In this document: positions 53,723-64,000 of the stretch, one piece after another | How positions within the stretch are numbered: position 1 is the stretch's first letter | Layout of the letters: every line of letters starts with the position of its first letter | DNA from: Corallochytrium limacisporum Hawaii | Lineage: Eukaryota; Protista; Pluriformea | DNA length: 64,000 nucleotides | Reading direction: 5' to 3' | Assembly: GCA_002811645.1 (NCBI GenBank) | Contig: PDIP01000005.1 | Coordinates: 197,198 to 261,197, forward strand | Notes under the pieces: generated by a model | Database searches by the model: none | Told to the model about the DNA's origin: nothing | What the model saw: the letters and a program-made list of their open reading frames with translations, nothing else | Made by a program: the position numbers and the translations under genes

Positions 53723-55580
53723 CCCCCGGGGAGCCACGGCGCCCCTCCCCCCCCCCCCTCACCCTTGCCTTTTTGGCAAACGCAGGTGACGAAGTATCCA
53801 TGACGACTCCGCCCGACCCTGAGGCGGAAGGCAGGCAGCGTGACTGGCCCGTGGCAGGACTGGTCTCAATCGCGTGACCACAATTCTTCAATATTGAACA
53901 TGTATGAGATTTACAACCAGTCGGTACATATCTCGATCCGAAAACGTTGCGCGCGGTGGATTCAAATTGGCACCACCCTCTGCCACCTGCCAACTTTTTG
54001 TCTCAGCGAAAATTGTTCCCCCCCGGCCAATTGCCGTGAACGGTGGTGGGGTGTTTGGTGGTTGGGACCCCTGGCCGCCGGCCCCCCCCCCCCGCGGGAA
54101 AACTCACGACCTTCGGTTCTTTGTGTGTTTTTACGACAGAAAAAGCCACCGCCGGTTTCCGACTAATTCTGCTTCTGCACCCTACGCCTCCCCCCTTCTA
54201 GCTCAATCACCTCCTCCTTTTATTTTTTGGTTGGTCGTGGTTACGGTCGTTTGACCACTGTTTTCTATGGTCCTTTCTCTAGCACTGAGACATTCCTCTC
54301 CTCGCCCTTCTTTTCGTCGTCCCAACCATGTCTCCGTGATGGGCCGGAGCCGCTGCCTGCGGTTGACTGGCCATAAAGAAAGAGTCTCTCGGCTTCTGGT
54401 GTACGTGGAGGAAAGCCTTCGGTCTGCGGCGTCTGTTTACGCTTTGGCACTGGTAGTATATTTACTGATGTCAGCATCTTTGGCATTGCAGCGAATCAGA
54501 GAGCACTGGTGCATGCTTCACCATGTCGAGTAGACAGTCATGAAATAATGGCCACATATGGGGAATTTTGGATGATAGGTCAGATGTTGACATTGCGAGC
54601 CTTTACCGTGCTGCCTGTATGGGCATTCATTTGTAGATTTCCCGTATCATGCCTTGTTGTCATTCTTTTCTAGACCATTCATTATCGACTCAGTTTAATG
54701 CCTGGGTTGCGCAATAGTTCGGAGTATGCACGGTTGTGGTGCGTGTAGTTCCATGCAGCAGTGCAAGATGGTTATGATCACAGTAATCGAGCATCATTCA
54801 TTCTTGGTCATACATGTGTGAGTGTCCTAGTATAGAAGTCAGAATGACAGGAAAGGGATGTCGATTAGCCAGTATGGAACCGAGGAACAGACATATGCTA
54901 CTGCTTGAATGAGAATGTTTACAAGAACAACAGATATTGATGTATAGGATGGTGCCTCTTCTGTGAGGTTGCTAAAAATTGATCGGAAACATTTACCCAA
55001 CAGCCACAGAGCATCCGTCATCAGCAAGACGCAACATCAATGATGCACACTTGCATGTACTGCAATCACAGGTCACAACCGGTACCGACAGGCCACAGCA
55101 GGCACCCCAATCGTCTAATGGGATCCCGGTTCCATCTCTCTTTGGACTCCTGAGAATTGGAATTAAATTTAATAAGGTCTTCAGTTATATTCGCACAGCA
55201 GAATTAAGTTTGGTCAGGACGATTTACCCCCCTCCCCCGGGAGGGGAGGGGGACCCGTTGGGGCTGCCGGGTGGCAAGAGCCATTGCGACCTTGACGGGG
55301 AGATTGGGATTTATAGACTTTTTGGATTCACCCATACGGCTTCTATGATGTTGCTTCACTGAAGGGGGTTGTGGTGGTCAGTCCAATGGACGTAGGGTAT
55401 ACGTTTATATCTTTGGTATTTATGTGCAGTCATATGTTCGTGATCGTGTAGTGTAAACGTGTATCTTCAGGAACGAGTGTTTTGTTGTTTTTGTTGGATG
55501 ACTCAATTGGAACGGGAAAATGCAACAGCAGGCTGTTGAATAGATCCAAGTTACAGGAGAACAGAACGGTTAAGGCTGCG

Positions 55581-57125
55581 ATGTCTTCTCAACCCGCAGA
55601 GTCACAGAACGAGCTGAGGCGCGAGACAAGCCAGACTCTGAGAAGATCCTCCGTTTTGCCGAAGGCTGGAGAGCCCTCGTATAGTTTTCTGAGTAAGCCT
55701 GAGACCACCGTCAGTGACGATCAAACAAGCGGATCTAAATCTAAGCGACCAGCACGACGTCTGATATACACCCAGGGAAGACCTCCGTGGTATACGCAGG
55801 AAGGACAGACAGCAGAGGCCTTTATTATTGGTGTCTGTGGTGGATCTGCTTCGGGCAAAACTACGGTCGCCAAAGAGGTAATCGAGCGACTGGGCATTCC
55901 GTGGGTTGTTCTGCTGTCTATGGACAGCTTCTACAAAGTTCTGTCGCCCGAAGAGAGTGCTCTTGCAGCAGAAAATAAGTACAATTTTGATCACCCGAAC
56001 GCGTTTGATTTAGACCTGGTGGTAGAGACTTTGGAGAAGTTGAAAAAGGGTAAGAAGGTACAGATTCCAGAGTACGATTTCCGCACCCATAGCCGGAGGA
56101 AAGGATTTGAGAAGACGCTGTACGGTGCAAACGTTGTAATTTTTGAAGGAATTCTTACATTTGTGGATCCACGGCTCCGCGACTTATTGGATCTGAAGGT
56201 TTTCGTGAACTGTGATTCGGATATTCGGCTGGCACGTCGATTGAAGAGAGACATTGTTGCACGCGGGCGTGATATTGAGGGTGTCTTTGGCCAATATTAC
56301 CGCTACGTGAAACCGTGCTTTGAGGAGATCATCCTTCCGTCAGTTAAGCACGCCGACATTATAGTCAGTCGGGGCATTGAGAATAAGGTTGCCATCGATT
56401 TGATTGTAGAGCACGTGCGCACGCAGTTGAACGCTCGAGGTTACCACTTTCGTGACCAGCTCAAGATGGTCCACCAAAGGGACAAGATCCCAGACAATGT
56501 CTATGTTCTCAAACAGACGCCTCAGGTGCAGGCAATGCAGGTCATTATCCGTAACCGTGACTCATCTCGCGATGACTTTGTATTCTACTCGCGTCGTCTG
56601 ATTCGTCTAATGATGGAGTACACGGTATCTTTGCTGCCGGTCAAGCCGCGTGATGTGACAACCCCAACCGGCTGTATCTACCATGGTGTCAGCAGTGTTG
56701 CGCGAGTGACCGGTGTAACAATCATGCGCGCAGGCGCGACAATGGAGGGTGCATTCCGGGAGGTCTTACGCAAGGCACGCATTGGAAAGATTCTTATTCA
56801 GACCAATCCAGAAACCGGTGATCCAGAGCTGCACTACAACAAACTGCCCAAAGACATTAATCAAGACCAGGTCATACTCATGGACGCCACCGCAGCGACT
56901 GGTGCTGCTGCAATCATGGCAATCCGTGTGTTGCTGGACCACGATGTCAAGGAGGAGCACATTATATTTGTGACCATCATTGCCGCTCCAACTGGCGTCC
57001 AGTCCATTGCCTACGCGTTTCCAAAGGTCCGCATTGTCTGTGCGGCCATTGACCGTGAGGTGAACTCGAGTTTCCACATCTTGCCCGGTATTGGCAACTT
57101 TGGCGACCGCTTCTACGGCACGTAG
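55581..57125 (+). CDS. UCKL1: Uridine-cytidine kinase-like 1 (UCK plus UPRT-like domain)
   Basis: IYTQGRPPWY, GGSASGKTT P-loop, YNFDHPNAFD, RIGKILIQTN, ILPGIGNFGDRFYGT; first ATG 55581. Confidence 0.95.
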   Translation: MSSQPAESQNELRRETSQTLRRSSVLPKAGEPSYSFLSKPETTVSDDQTSGSKSKRPARRLIYTQGRPPWYTQEGQTAEAFIIGVCGGSASGKTTVAKEVIERLGIPWVVLLSMDSFYKVLSPEESALAAENKYNFDHPNAFDLDLVVETLEKLKKGKKVQIPEYDFRTHSRRKGFEKTLYGANVVIFEGILTFVDPRLRDLLDLKVFVNCDSDIRLARRLKRDIVARGRDIEGVFGQYYRYVKPCFEEIILPSVKHADIIVSRGIENKVAIDLIVEHVRTQLNARGYHFRDQLKMVHQRDKIPDNVYVLKQTPQVQAMQVIIRNRDSSRDDFVFYSRRLIRLMMEYTVSLLPVKPRDVTTPTGCIYHGVSSVARVTGVTIMRAGATMEGAFREVLRKARIGKILIQTNPETGDPELHYNKLPKDINQDQVILMDATAATGAAAIMAIRVLLDHDVKEEHIIFVTIIAAPTGVQSIAYAFPKVRIVCAAIDREVNSSFHILPGIGNFGDRFYGT

Positions 57126-57273
57126 GAAGGACGAGGAAGGGATAAAGGATGTTCACTGGCTTCGGCGTCGGTCTGTATACGTAGGATAATTATAGGTACA
57201 TTTATAGTGTTTAGTATATCATCCTGATATCCACTTGTGATGCATGGAAGACAAAGGCTCAGATAGAACAGAA

Positions 57274-58761
57274 TCAGCTTTCAACACTGCCCTCCAACGA
57301 TGGTGTTGAATCACCTGTACTGCTCTCAACCACAGTTGGGTTCTTCACCGCACAGCTCATCCATTCAGCGCAGAGATCGTCCATGTAAGAGGCATTTCTC
57401 AAAGGCCAGAGGCCCTGCAAGAAGCCCACGTGACCTCCTCTGGCCGTAATGACTTGCATTGTGTACGGATTGGCATCGATACCCTTCAATGGAATACCCT
57501 TTACCGGTCCAAAGACATCATCCGCTGCATTCAAGAACAAGTATGGAATGCGAATCTTATCGTACCAGTTGACCGATGAGGCATCCGCGTAGTATTCATC
57601 CGTGCTAGCATAACCGAACATGGGGCAGATGACGCGTGCGTCAAATTCACGTACAGTGCGAGCCTGTAGAATGTGTTTGTACTCTGGAAAGTGATCCGGA
57701 ATATGACCTTCTGGCAAATTTGGCCAGTGTCGTTCCAGGAAGCGCTTCAGATTGCTGGCCATGCGCGAGTTGTATGTCTGCTTGTTCGGGAAGCTCTCCA
57801 GACTCTCAGTGCTCATCTTCAAATCCCATGGATTGCTAATTGACATTCCGGCCACGAACGGGCACCGGCTACCTTCTTCGCCGCAATATTTGGTCAGGAT
57901 CATGGAGCCCAAGGACACACCGACTGCAGTCAATGGTGCTGAAGGGTACTCTTCGCGGATATAGGATACAATGCGGCGCAGATCGGATGTAAAACTAGCA
58001 CTGAAGCCTCGGTAAGTGAGCAGTTCCGTCTCGCCGCATCCCCGTGCGTTCATGACTACAACTCTGAACTCCTGAGCAGCCAGCACACGAACCAGATTCA
58101 ACACGTACTGCTCTCCACTGCCACCGGTCAGACCGTGCAAGACCAGGCAGATCGGCCGAGTCTTATTGGGATAGCTGCTGCCTTCGTCATTGTGGTACCA
58201 GTCAATGCACACTTGGCCACCATCGGGCATCTTCAGGCTTTCCCGAACGTAATCAACGTAGTTGTAGGCCCGCATGATCGAGAAGACAGTCATTGGATGC
58301 ATGTTGGCCAGCCAGAAAGTCGGCCAGTACTTCCTATTCAGGTGATAGCTACGATCTTTGAAGGTTTGTACCAAGCTGTGTTTGCCTCCAATGACCAGTG
58401 GCTTTTTGACAGCAAACATCAAATAAAACGGCAGATAGGGTGTGCAGATCAGGCTCATCACCGAGCCAGCCAAAATACCGAAGAAGCCCATGACTACGAG
58501 GATGATTGGAACCAACGGAGCAAATATCACGGCTGCTCCCAACACAGCTAGAGTCTGCCAGCGGAACACGGGATGACCCGGATCTGGTTGCGATGCGATG
58601 CTGTCTGTGTGCTCGTCGAAGGAGATGATTTTGCCCTCAGAGACGAAGACCTTCTCTACGCGGTAGGGTACGAGCTTTCGAGACGCGCTTTCACTACGCT
58701 GACCGTTGGTACCATTTGACTTCAAGAGCGATGTGCCAAAGCTAGACTTCTTTGAAGTCAT
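57274..58761 (-). CDS. ABHD1/2/3-YheT-type alpha/beta hydrolase with N-terminal membrane segment
   Basis: DGGQVCIDW, HGLTGGS, NARGCG, GVSLG nucleophile, LNAADD, GGHVGF. Confidence 0.92.
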   Translation of the reverse strand: MTSKKSSFGTSLLKSNGTNGQRSESASRKLVPYRVEKVFVSEGKIISFDEHTDSIASQPDPGHPVFRWQTLAVLGAAVIFAPLVPIILVVMGFFGILAGSVMSLICTPYLPFYLMFAVKKPLVIGGKHSLVQTFKDRSYHLNRKYWPTFWLANMHPMTVFSIMRAYNYVDYVRESLKMPDGGQVCIDWYHNDEGSSYPNKTRPICLVLHGLTGGSGEQYVLNLVRVLAAQEFRVVVMNARGCGETELLTYRGFSASFTSDLRRIVSYIREEYPSAPLTAVGVSLGSMILTKYCGEEGSRCPFVAGMSISNPWDLKMSTESLESFPNKQTYNSRMASNLKRFLERHWPNLPEGHIPDHFPEYKHILQARTVREFDARVICPMFGYASTDEYYADASSVNWYDKIRIPYLFLNAADDVFGPVKGIPLKGIDANPYTMQVITARGGHVGFLQGLWPLRNASYMDDLCAEWMSCAVKNPTVVESSTGDSTPSLEGSVES

Positions 58762-59845
58762 ACCTTTTTGGGGTGTGCTCTGATCTTTACAACTTTGAAC
58801 TAGAACGAAAACTGCAGGGTCAGGCCAGTTCGGACTACAACTTCATCCGAATTGCATTGGCTATCATACTATCGAATGCACCGTGTCGCTACAATATCAA
58901 TGAACCCGAAATGATTTCGAGCGAAGCAATACCTGTAATTCCATTTTCACATACCACGATACGTACTCGTCTATCACGCCAACAGAGAATCCCGTGCAAA
59001 GACATCGTCGTCATCACTCACACTTCATCACTCCTTCATCCCCCCCCTTCCCTGTCATCTCCCGTCTCCAAACCCGACGGTAAACCCGAAGAGCCACTTT
59101 AGGACACACACACTCCGTCCCCGCCACCACTCTCGGTTCCTGTGGAGTTTTTCAATCTCTAGATTCGGTGCTTTCACAGGTCTCGATAAGTGACAAAGTA
59201 GGTAGGCCGGGAGGGCTACTGATGTCACGGCCCATGCCATTAGCCACCTTACAACTTTTTTGCCCCGCGTCGCATTGTGCACGGCAAGGCGAACGCTAAG
59301 ATTGTGTGTGAATCGATAGTCTTGCAAGTGGGGGCACTCTCCGCATTAGTTGGCCACTTGACTGACCATCAAAGTGCGCACCTGCACGCCGGCACAACAC
59401 GCCGCTACAGGAGATAGGTCTCATGACTTGCAGGGTAGAACTTAGGTATGGGATTTATACTGGTTGGAAACAGTCACCGGTGTTGATTACGGATATAGCT
59501 TGATTCCAGTTTTTCTCCTAAATGGATTCGGGGCAGGCACAGTGTGGCAATTGTTTTGGGATAGCAGCCGCTGCTTAGAGCGCTCCTGCACCATGCGAAG
59601 ATTAGGGTGGTGGGGCCGGGGCGTGTCTCCGTATCCTTCTATTATGCAACGGCAAACTGAAGAAATTGGACTCCCGATTGGAGGATCCTGGGGAGCCCAA
59701 CAGAGGTCTGCTATGGTATTCCAGAGACATTGGTAGAGTTGAGAAATGTCTGTCTGCTTGGGTTTTGTTAATCCTGTTTGACTGAATCCTGTCTTAGAGA
59801 AGGCCAATGTAGTGGGAGAGTGAGTGTTTGAAGCAACAGAGAAAG

Positions 59846-60832
59846 ATGGCGACAACGCAGATCTCCTTAGATCTGCACGCCAAGTTCCTGAGCAGGTATG
59901 GCCGTGACGATGCCGACAAACTCGAAATGGCGATGGGTCAGTATCTGAAAATGAGCGCCATCTACTGGTGCGTGACTGCGCTGGATCTCATGGGAGAACT
60001 AGACGGCACTAGCGATTCCGAAACGGGACTGGATGGCGACATGATTATCGCTTTCGTCATGGAATGTTATGACGAGCAAGAGGGTGCCTTTGCACCGGCT
60101 CCTGGTCACGACACTCACCTGCTGTACACCCTGTCGGCTATTCAGATCCTGGCTATGTATGAGAAACTTGATTTGGTGAACGCTAGCAAGATTGCGCAGA
60201 GTGTGGCCAAACTACAACAACCAGACGGGTCATTCATTGGTGACCACTGGGGTGAGATTGACACGCGCTTCTCTTTTTGTGCACTAGCTACTCTGGCTCT
60301 ACTGAAAACCCCTAATGTCATCGACCGCATGAAGGCCAAGGAATTTGTTCTGAACTGCATCAACTTTGATGGCGGCTTCGGTACCGCTCCTGGATCAGAG
60401 TCGCACGCCGGACAAATCTATTGCTGTCTGGGTTCCTTGTGGCTTCTCGACGCTTTAGAACACGCACAGACCGACCGCTTGAGCTGGTGGCTTTCTGAGC
60501 GGCAGCTTGATGCGGGCGGATTAAATGGCAGGCCACAGAAGCTGCCTGATGTTTGTTACAGCTGGTGGGTGCTGGCATCTCTGGCCATGCTGAAGAGGAT
60601 TCACTACATCAATAAGGAGAAACTGATTGACTTCATCGCAAACGCACAGGACACAGAGACGGGAGGGATTGCCGACAGGCCCGGAGACATCACGGACCCA
60701 TTTCACACACTCTTTGGATTGACCGGATTATCCTTGCTGAAGGCTGTGCCAACCCTGAAAGACATTCATCCGGTCCTTTGTATGCCTAATGATCGCCTGA
60801 AAAACACGCACCCTGAACTGGCTTGGGAGTGA
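59846..60832 (+). CDS. RABGGTB: Rab geranylgeranyltransferase beta subunit
   Basis: HDTHLLYTLSAIQIL, WGEIDTRFSFCA, ESHAGQIYCC, GLNGRPQKLPDVCYSWW, DPFHTLFG; first ATG 59846. Confidence 0.96.
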   Translation: MATTQISLDLHAKFLSRYGRDDADKLEMAMGQYLKMSAIYWCVTALDLMGELDGTSDSETGLDGDMIIAFVMECYDEQEGAFAPAPGHDTHLLYTLSAIQILAMYEKLDLVNASKIAQSVAKLQQPDGSFIGDHWGEIDTRFSFCALATLALLKTPNVIDRMKAKEFVLNCINFDGGFGTAPGSESHAGQIYCCLGSLWLLDALEHAQTDRLSWWLSERQLDAGGLNGRPQKLPDVCYSWWVLASLAMLKRIHYINKEKLIDFIANAQDTETGGIADRPGDITDPFHTLFGLTGLSLLKAVPTLKDIHPVLCMPNDRLKNTHPELAWE

Positions 60833-60898
60833 GCGATGACATAGATACTGTCTTGTTCACTTTCTCATTAGATTATGTCTTGTGGTCTATGAATATGA

Positions 60899-60912
60899 AT
60901 ATGTATACATAT
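60899..60912. terminator. Palindromic ATATGTATACATAT, candidate bidirectional 3'-end signal
   Basis: Perfect 14-bp palindrome near the middle of the 137-bp RABGGTB/RING convergent spacer; contains TATGTA/TACATA (yeast efficiency-element-like). Confidence 0.35.
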
Positions 60913-60969
60913 ATATGGTACAGGTGATGATAAAGACTATGATAGCACTTAATGCTAGATGACTTGCGC

Positions 60970-61818
60970 TCAATTCCAGAGTGGTGAGATCAATAGAAGA
61001 AGCAGGAGTGCAGCCTTCCAGTAGTCATAGTAAGGATTGTAGGCCCCGAAGAAGCGATGCGATGTCTTTGGAATCACCGAGAGGCTTACTTTGGGTGCGC
61101 CTGTCTGCTCCCGCAGCATCATTAATGTCGTAGCTTCATTGACAGAGATCGGGGCCGCTGGTGGAGAGTACTGCGCTCTGCAGACGGGGCACCGCATTGG
61201 CTGGAAGCCCACCCTCTGGTCGTCCAAACTCATCATCATCTGTTCGTTGAGGCAAGTTTCGCAATAAATATGTCCACATGAGATCTGCCGCAGGCCCTTC
61301 GGGCCCACCGATGCCTCATCGAATGAGTCCAGGCAAATGGGACAGGCGTATATGCTCGATGCTTCCGCCAGATCAAATTGACGCAGTTTTGCAACCTCTG
61401 TGAGCAATGTCTCAAGTTGTTTCCGTTGGTGCTTAAACTGTCTACGACATTCCCGAATCTCCAGCAAGGCTGCCTTAGTGTTTCCGCAGAATTGTTTGTC
61501 TCCATTGCACTTCAAGGGGCCCTCAGCGCTTTGTTCGTAGACGGGCATGGACTCTGAGTGTCTGCGAGCAGAGCTGGTTCTCCACCGCAGGCCAAAGCTC
61601 GTCGAGGTTGCCTGCACATTGATCCTGCGCTCTTGTTCTAAAGAGAACACAAGAGCTACCAGGTTCTCCCGGCTGAGAGTCCCAACTGCCCGCTCAAGAC
61701 CACCGGATGGCACTCGTGCCAAACTGGTTGCGTCTACCCATGAGAGATCAATGCCATCATTCTCCGCCTCACTGCGGGCATCTGTGCCAGTGCGGCGACG
61801 ACTAGTGGTTTGGCCCAT
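60970..61818 (-). CDS. C3HC4 RING E3 ligase with coiled coil and hydrophobic C-terminal tail
   Basis: CPICLDSF..CGHIYCETC..CPVCR; tail WKAALLLLLLISPLWN; N-terminus MGQTTS. Confidence 0.85.
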   Translation of the reverse strand: MGQTTSRRRTGTDARSEAENDGIDLSWVDATSLARVPSGGLERAVGTLSRENLVALVFSLEQERRINVQATSTSFGLRWRTSSARRHSESMPVYEQSAEGPLKCNGDKQFCGNTKAALLEIRECRRQFKHQRKQLETLLTEVAKLRQFDLAEASSIYACPICLDSFDEASVGPKGLRQISCGHIYCETCLNEQMMMSLDDQRVGFQPMRCPVCRAQYSPPAAPISVNEATTLMMLREQTGAPKVSLSVIPKTSHRFFGAYNPYYDYWKAALLLLLLISPLWN

Positions 61819-64000
61819 ATTATGATATTTTTGCTAGATCAGAGCCGAAAAATGAATAACCTACAACATTATTGACGCATAAATGAGACTGGGGAATATC
61901 GTCACCTTTCGAATGAAACGTCCACTTATGGGCCACCCTGGGTGAGGTCGATTGATTTAAGTACAATAGAGTTCAGAGAATTCCTCTGACTGACTTAAGT
62001 TTCCGCAACTGTTGTTATCTTTGACATTGTATTGGCCGGCTCTACAATGTACAACTAGGCAATAATCGCAATTGGTCCTGCTTGCACACCTCTGCACTAA
62101 ACATTCCACCGACAGGGATCAGTTCCGGAAATTCCCCGACTAGTCCCAGCCAACCTCCCGCAGAAACTTGGTTGTGGGCCAATAGACCGCAGTGGAGGAT
62201 CCCTTCTGGTCCTCCCCCACCTGACCTTCTGTACTTTCACTGGGCCATTAGCCGAACGCCCAAGTATCCAGTAAATGACTATAACGAGATCTCATGATGA
62301 AAAAGGATGAGACGTGTGAGGGCGGGTCTTAGGCCCCCCCCCCTTCGGCAGACTCCACGACCCCCTTCTTGCGGACAATTCTAATTACACCAATTGGTAT
62401 GTTAGGGTAGCAGTTATATTCACCGCCGTTCGAGGTGGGTAACTCATGTTGAAAAACCCCTAAGAGTGCCTGTGGGGTGTTATCTCACCCTTGAAGAAAA
62501 AAATTTTGGTAGCCAATGTTCTTTTGTAGCTGCCCTTGTTGGCAGTTGCACTGGCTATGGGCTCAAGAGATTCGGACGCTTCGTTCTTTTTGGTGCAGTA
62601 TTATTGGAAAATTGACAAACCTTGGGGCCAGGAGTCTACTCCGCAGTTCGGAAATTCTTGAAGGAAGGGGAGGGGATTGTGGGCAACAGCCAGCGAACCT
62701 GAGTGTAGCCCCAACGGCCATAGGAGCAGCCAGTTTCTGAGGCCATTTGTTCTGGCTGTCGTTTCAGGAGAACTCACCCGAACATGAATTTGTTGGGTCC
62801 GTCGTACTTGGTGGCCAACGCTTATACCAACGATAGAAGATCCGGGCTCATGCTGAGCGTGTAACGAGGCAATTTCAAAGGCAAACGGTCTGCCACATTC
62901 ATATAAATTGTACGCTGAGATTTCGCTGCGCCCGCAAATGCTGCAACCTGGCAGGTGAGGATTGCAATGATGGCTATGCCAGTTTATGAATTTAATGAGT
63001 TGGGTCGCAGATATTTTTTCTTAACATTGTGGTCCATGTGTAGGTCAATGGGCCCACCGTGCCACTCCCATTATCCATGTCACTCATGGAGTGTCTGCCG
63101 CAGCAGAAGGGAGCAACACGGAATGAAACTAACATTCCAGAAGACACCATACACTCAAGCACGTCAGCGAACGAAACATGCCCGTGACATGGTCAAGAAC
63201 GAAGCATAGTGTGTCCACCACTCTCTGCCCTGGCTGCTGCCACGATGTCGCTGTCGTGTCGGTTGGTAAACCCCGGGGCCCCACCCTCCTTGGTCTGGGC
63301 GTGGATGCGAACAAAACGAAAAAAAAAAGGAGGGGGAGAGGAACGTTGGCGATAGATGGGGACGACAAGGGAGGGAGAGGGGGGGGGTGCGCGGTAAAAT
63401 GGCGGGCGATGGATGAACTGACCCGCTAAGACCACCGATGAAATGAGCACCCATATTACGGAAACGACGCGCAATTTTTCAAGCGGGGACGCGGGCAGGA
63501 GACGGAGGGACAGGACTGTAGCGGGGACACGAACGGCTCCCCCGCCTTTCTCGCTTTAGCAAGCTACCAGTATCATACCCGGCAATGGATATATTTTGTA
63601 TTGCACCTGGGCTGGCGGGTTTTGCGAAATCTCCGTCACTACGTTGATGGATTTCACTCTGCTTATAAACGAGAACTGAGGCATAGGGGGATGATAGTCG
63701 CGCAGAATGTACTTTGAAAGTACGGGAAACCGGGGGGGGGGAACGTCATACTTGCAAAACCAAAACTTAAAAAAGGAAACAGGAAGGGAAGGATTTCAAG
63801 CATTTCGGATTGGGTGCCGGGGATGGTAACTGAATGTATGCAAGGGGTAGCCATTTGCGCATTGAGTTTTCCTTCTTATCTCACCGACTGGTTATCTCCC
63901 ACATCTCATACCCCCCCCCCTTGGGCCCTCACGAACCACTATCTGGTGCGAGTCTCCACGGCCCTTCGTCGTGGTACGCGAGCAAGCGGTAGTTTGGCTT

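Noticed and set aside
1-64000. Alternative genetic code or stop readthrough as an explanation for stop-riddled intergenic frames
   Set aside because: All 21 genes read through in the standard code and use TAA, TAG and TGA as true stops
61819-64000. Short ORFs at the window end (e.g. 63193-63474)
   Set aside because: No recognisable motif and homopolymer-rich sequence; cannot support a gene

Overview
Eukaryotic nuclear DNA, gene-dense, with 21 supportable protein-coding genes. Every one is a single uninterrupted ORF in the standard code (no coding introns): alpha-actinin, novel-type PKC, AREL1-like filamin-HECT E3, AADAT, TAF2, SZRD1, hybrid histidine kinase, UBA5, TMEM14, FERM-F0/RhoGAP/SH3 protein, bacterial-type alpha/beta hydrolase, AGPAT5, multi-TM purple-acid-phosphatase-like protein, ADP-ribosylglycohydrolase, divergent WD40-like protein, membrane-anchored bacterial-type PI-PLC, Cdc25, UCKL1, ABHD1-3-like, RABGGTB and a tail-anchored RING E3. 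Animal-type genes alongside a hybrid histidine kinase and intron-free CDSs point (inference) to an intron-poor unicellular holozoan such as Corallochytrium. All 8 plus-strand genes sit tail-to-tail with a minus-strand gene across only 69-226 bp. Upstream regions are long and hold all the long poly-C/poly-G tracts, two N gaps and candidate 5'UTR introns. No tRNA, rRNA, CRISPR or intact mobile element was recognised. Best leads: a talin-F0-like/RhoGAP/SH3 architecture (possible Rap/Ras-to-Rho coupler), multivalent ET-binding and CTD-like motifs in TAF2, introns possibly confined to 5'UTRs, a membrane-anchored phosphatase + PLC block, and genes possibly hidden in error-rich or decayed intergenic sequence. 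Family calls come from motif recognition, not database searches.
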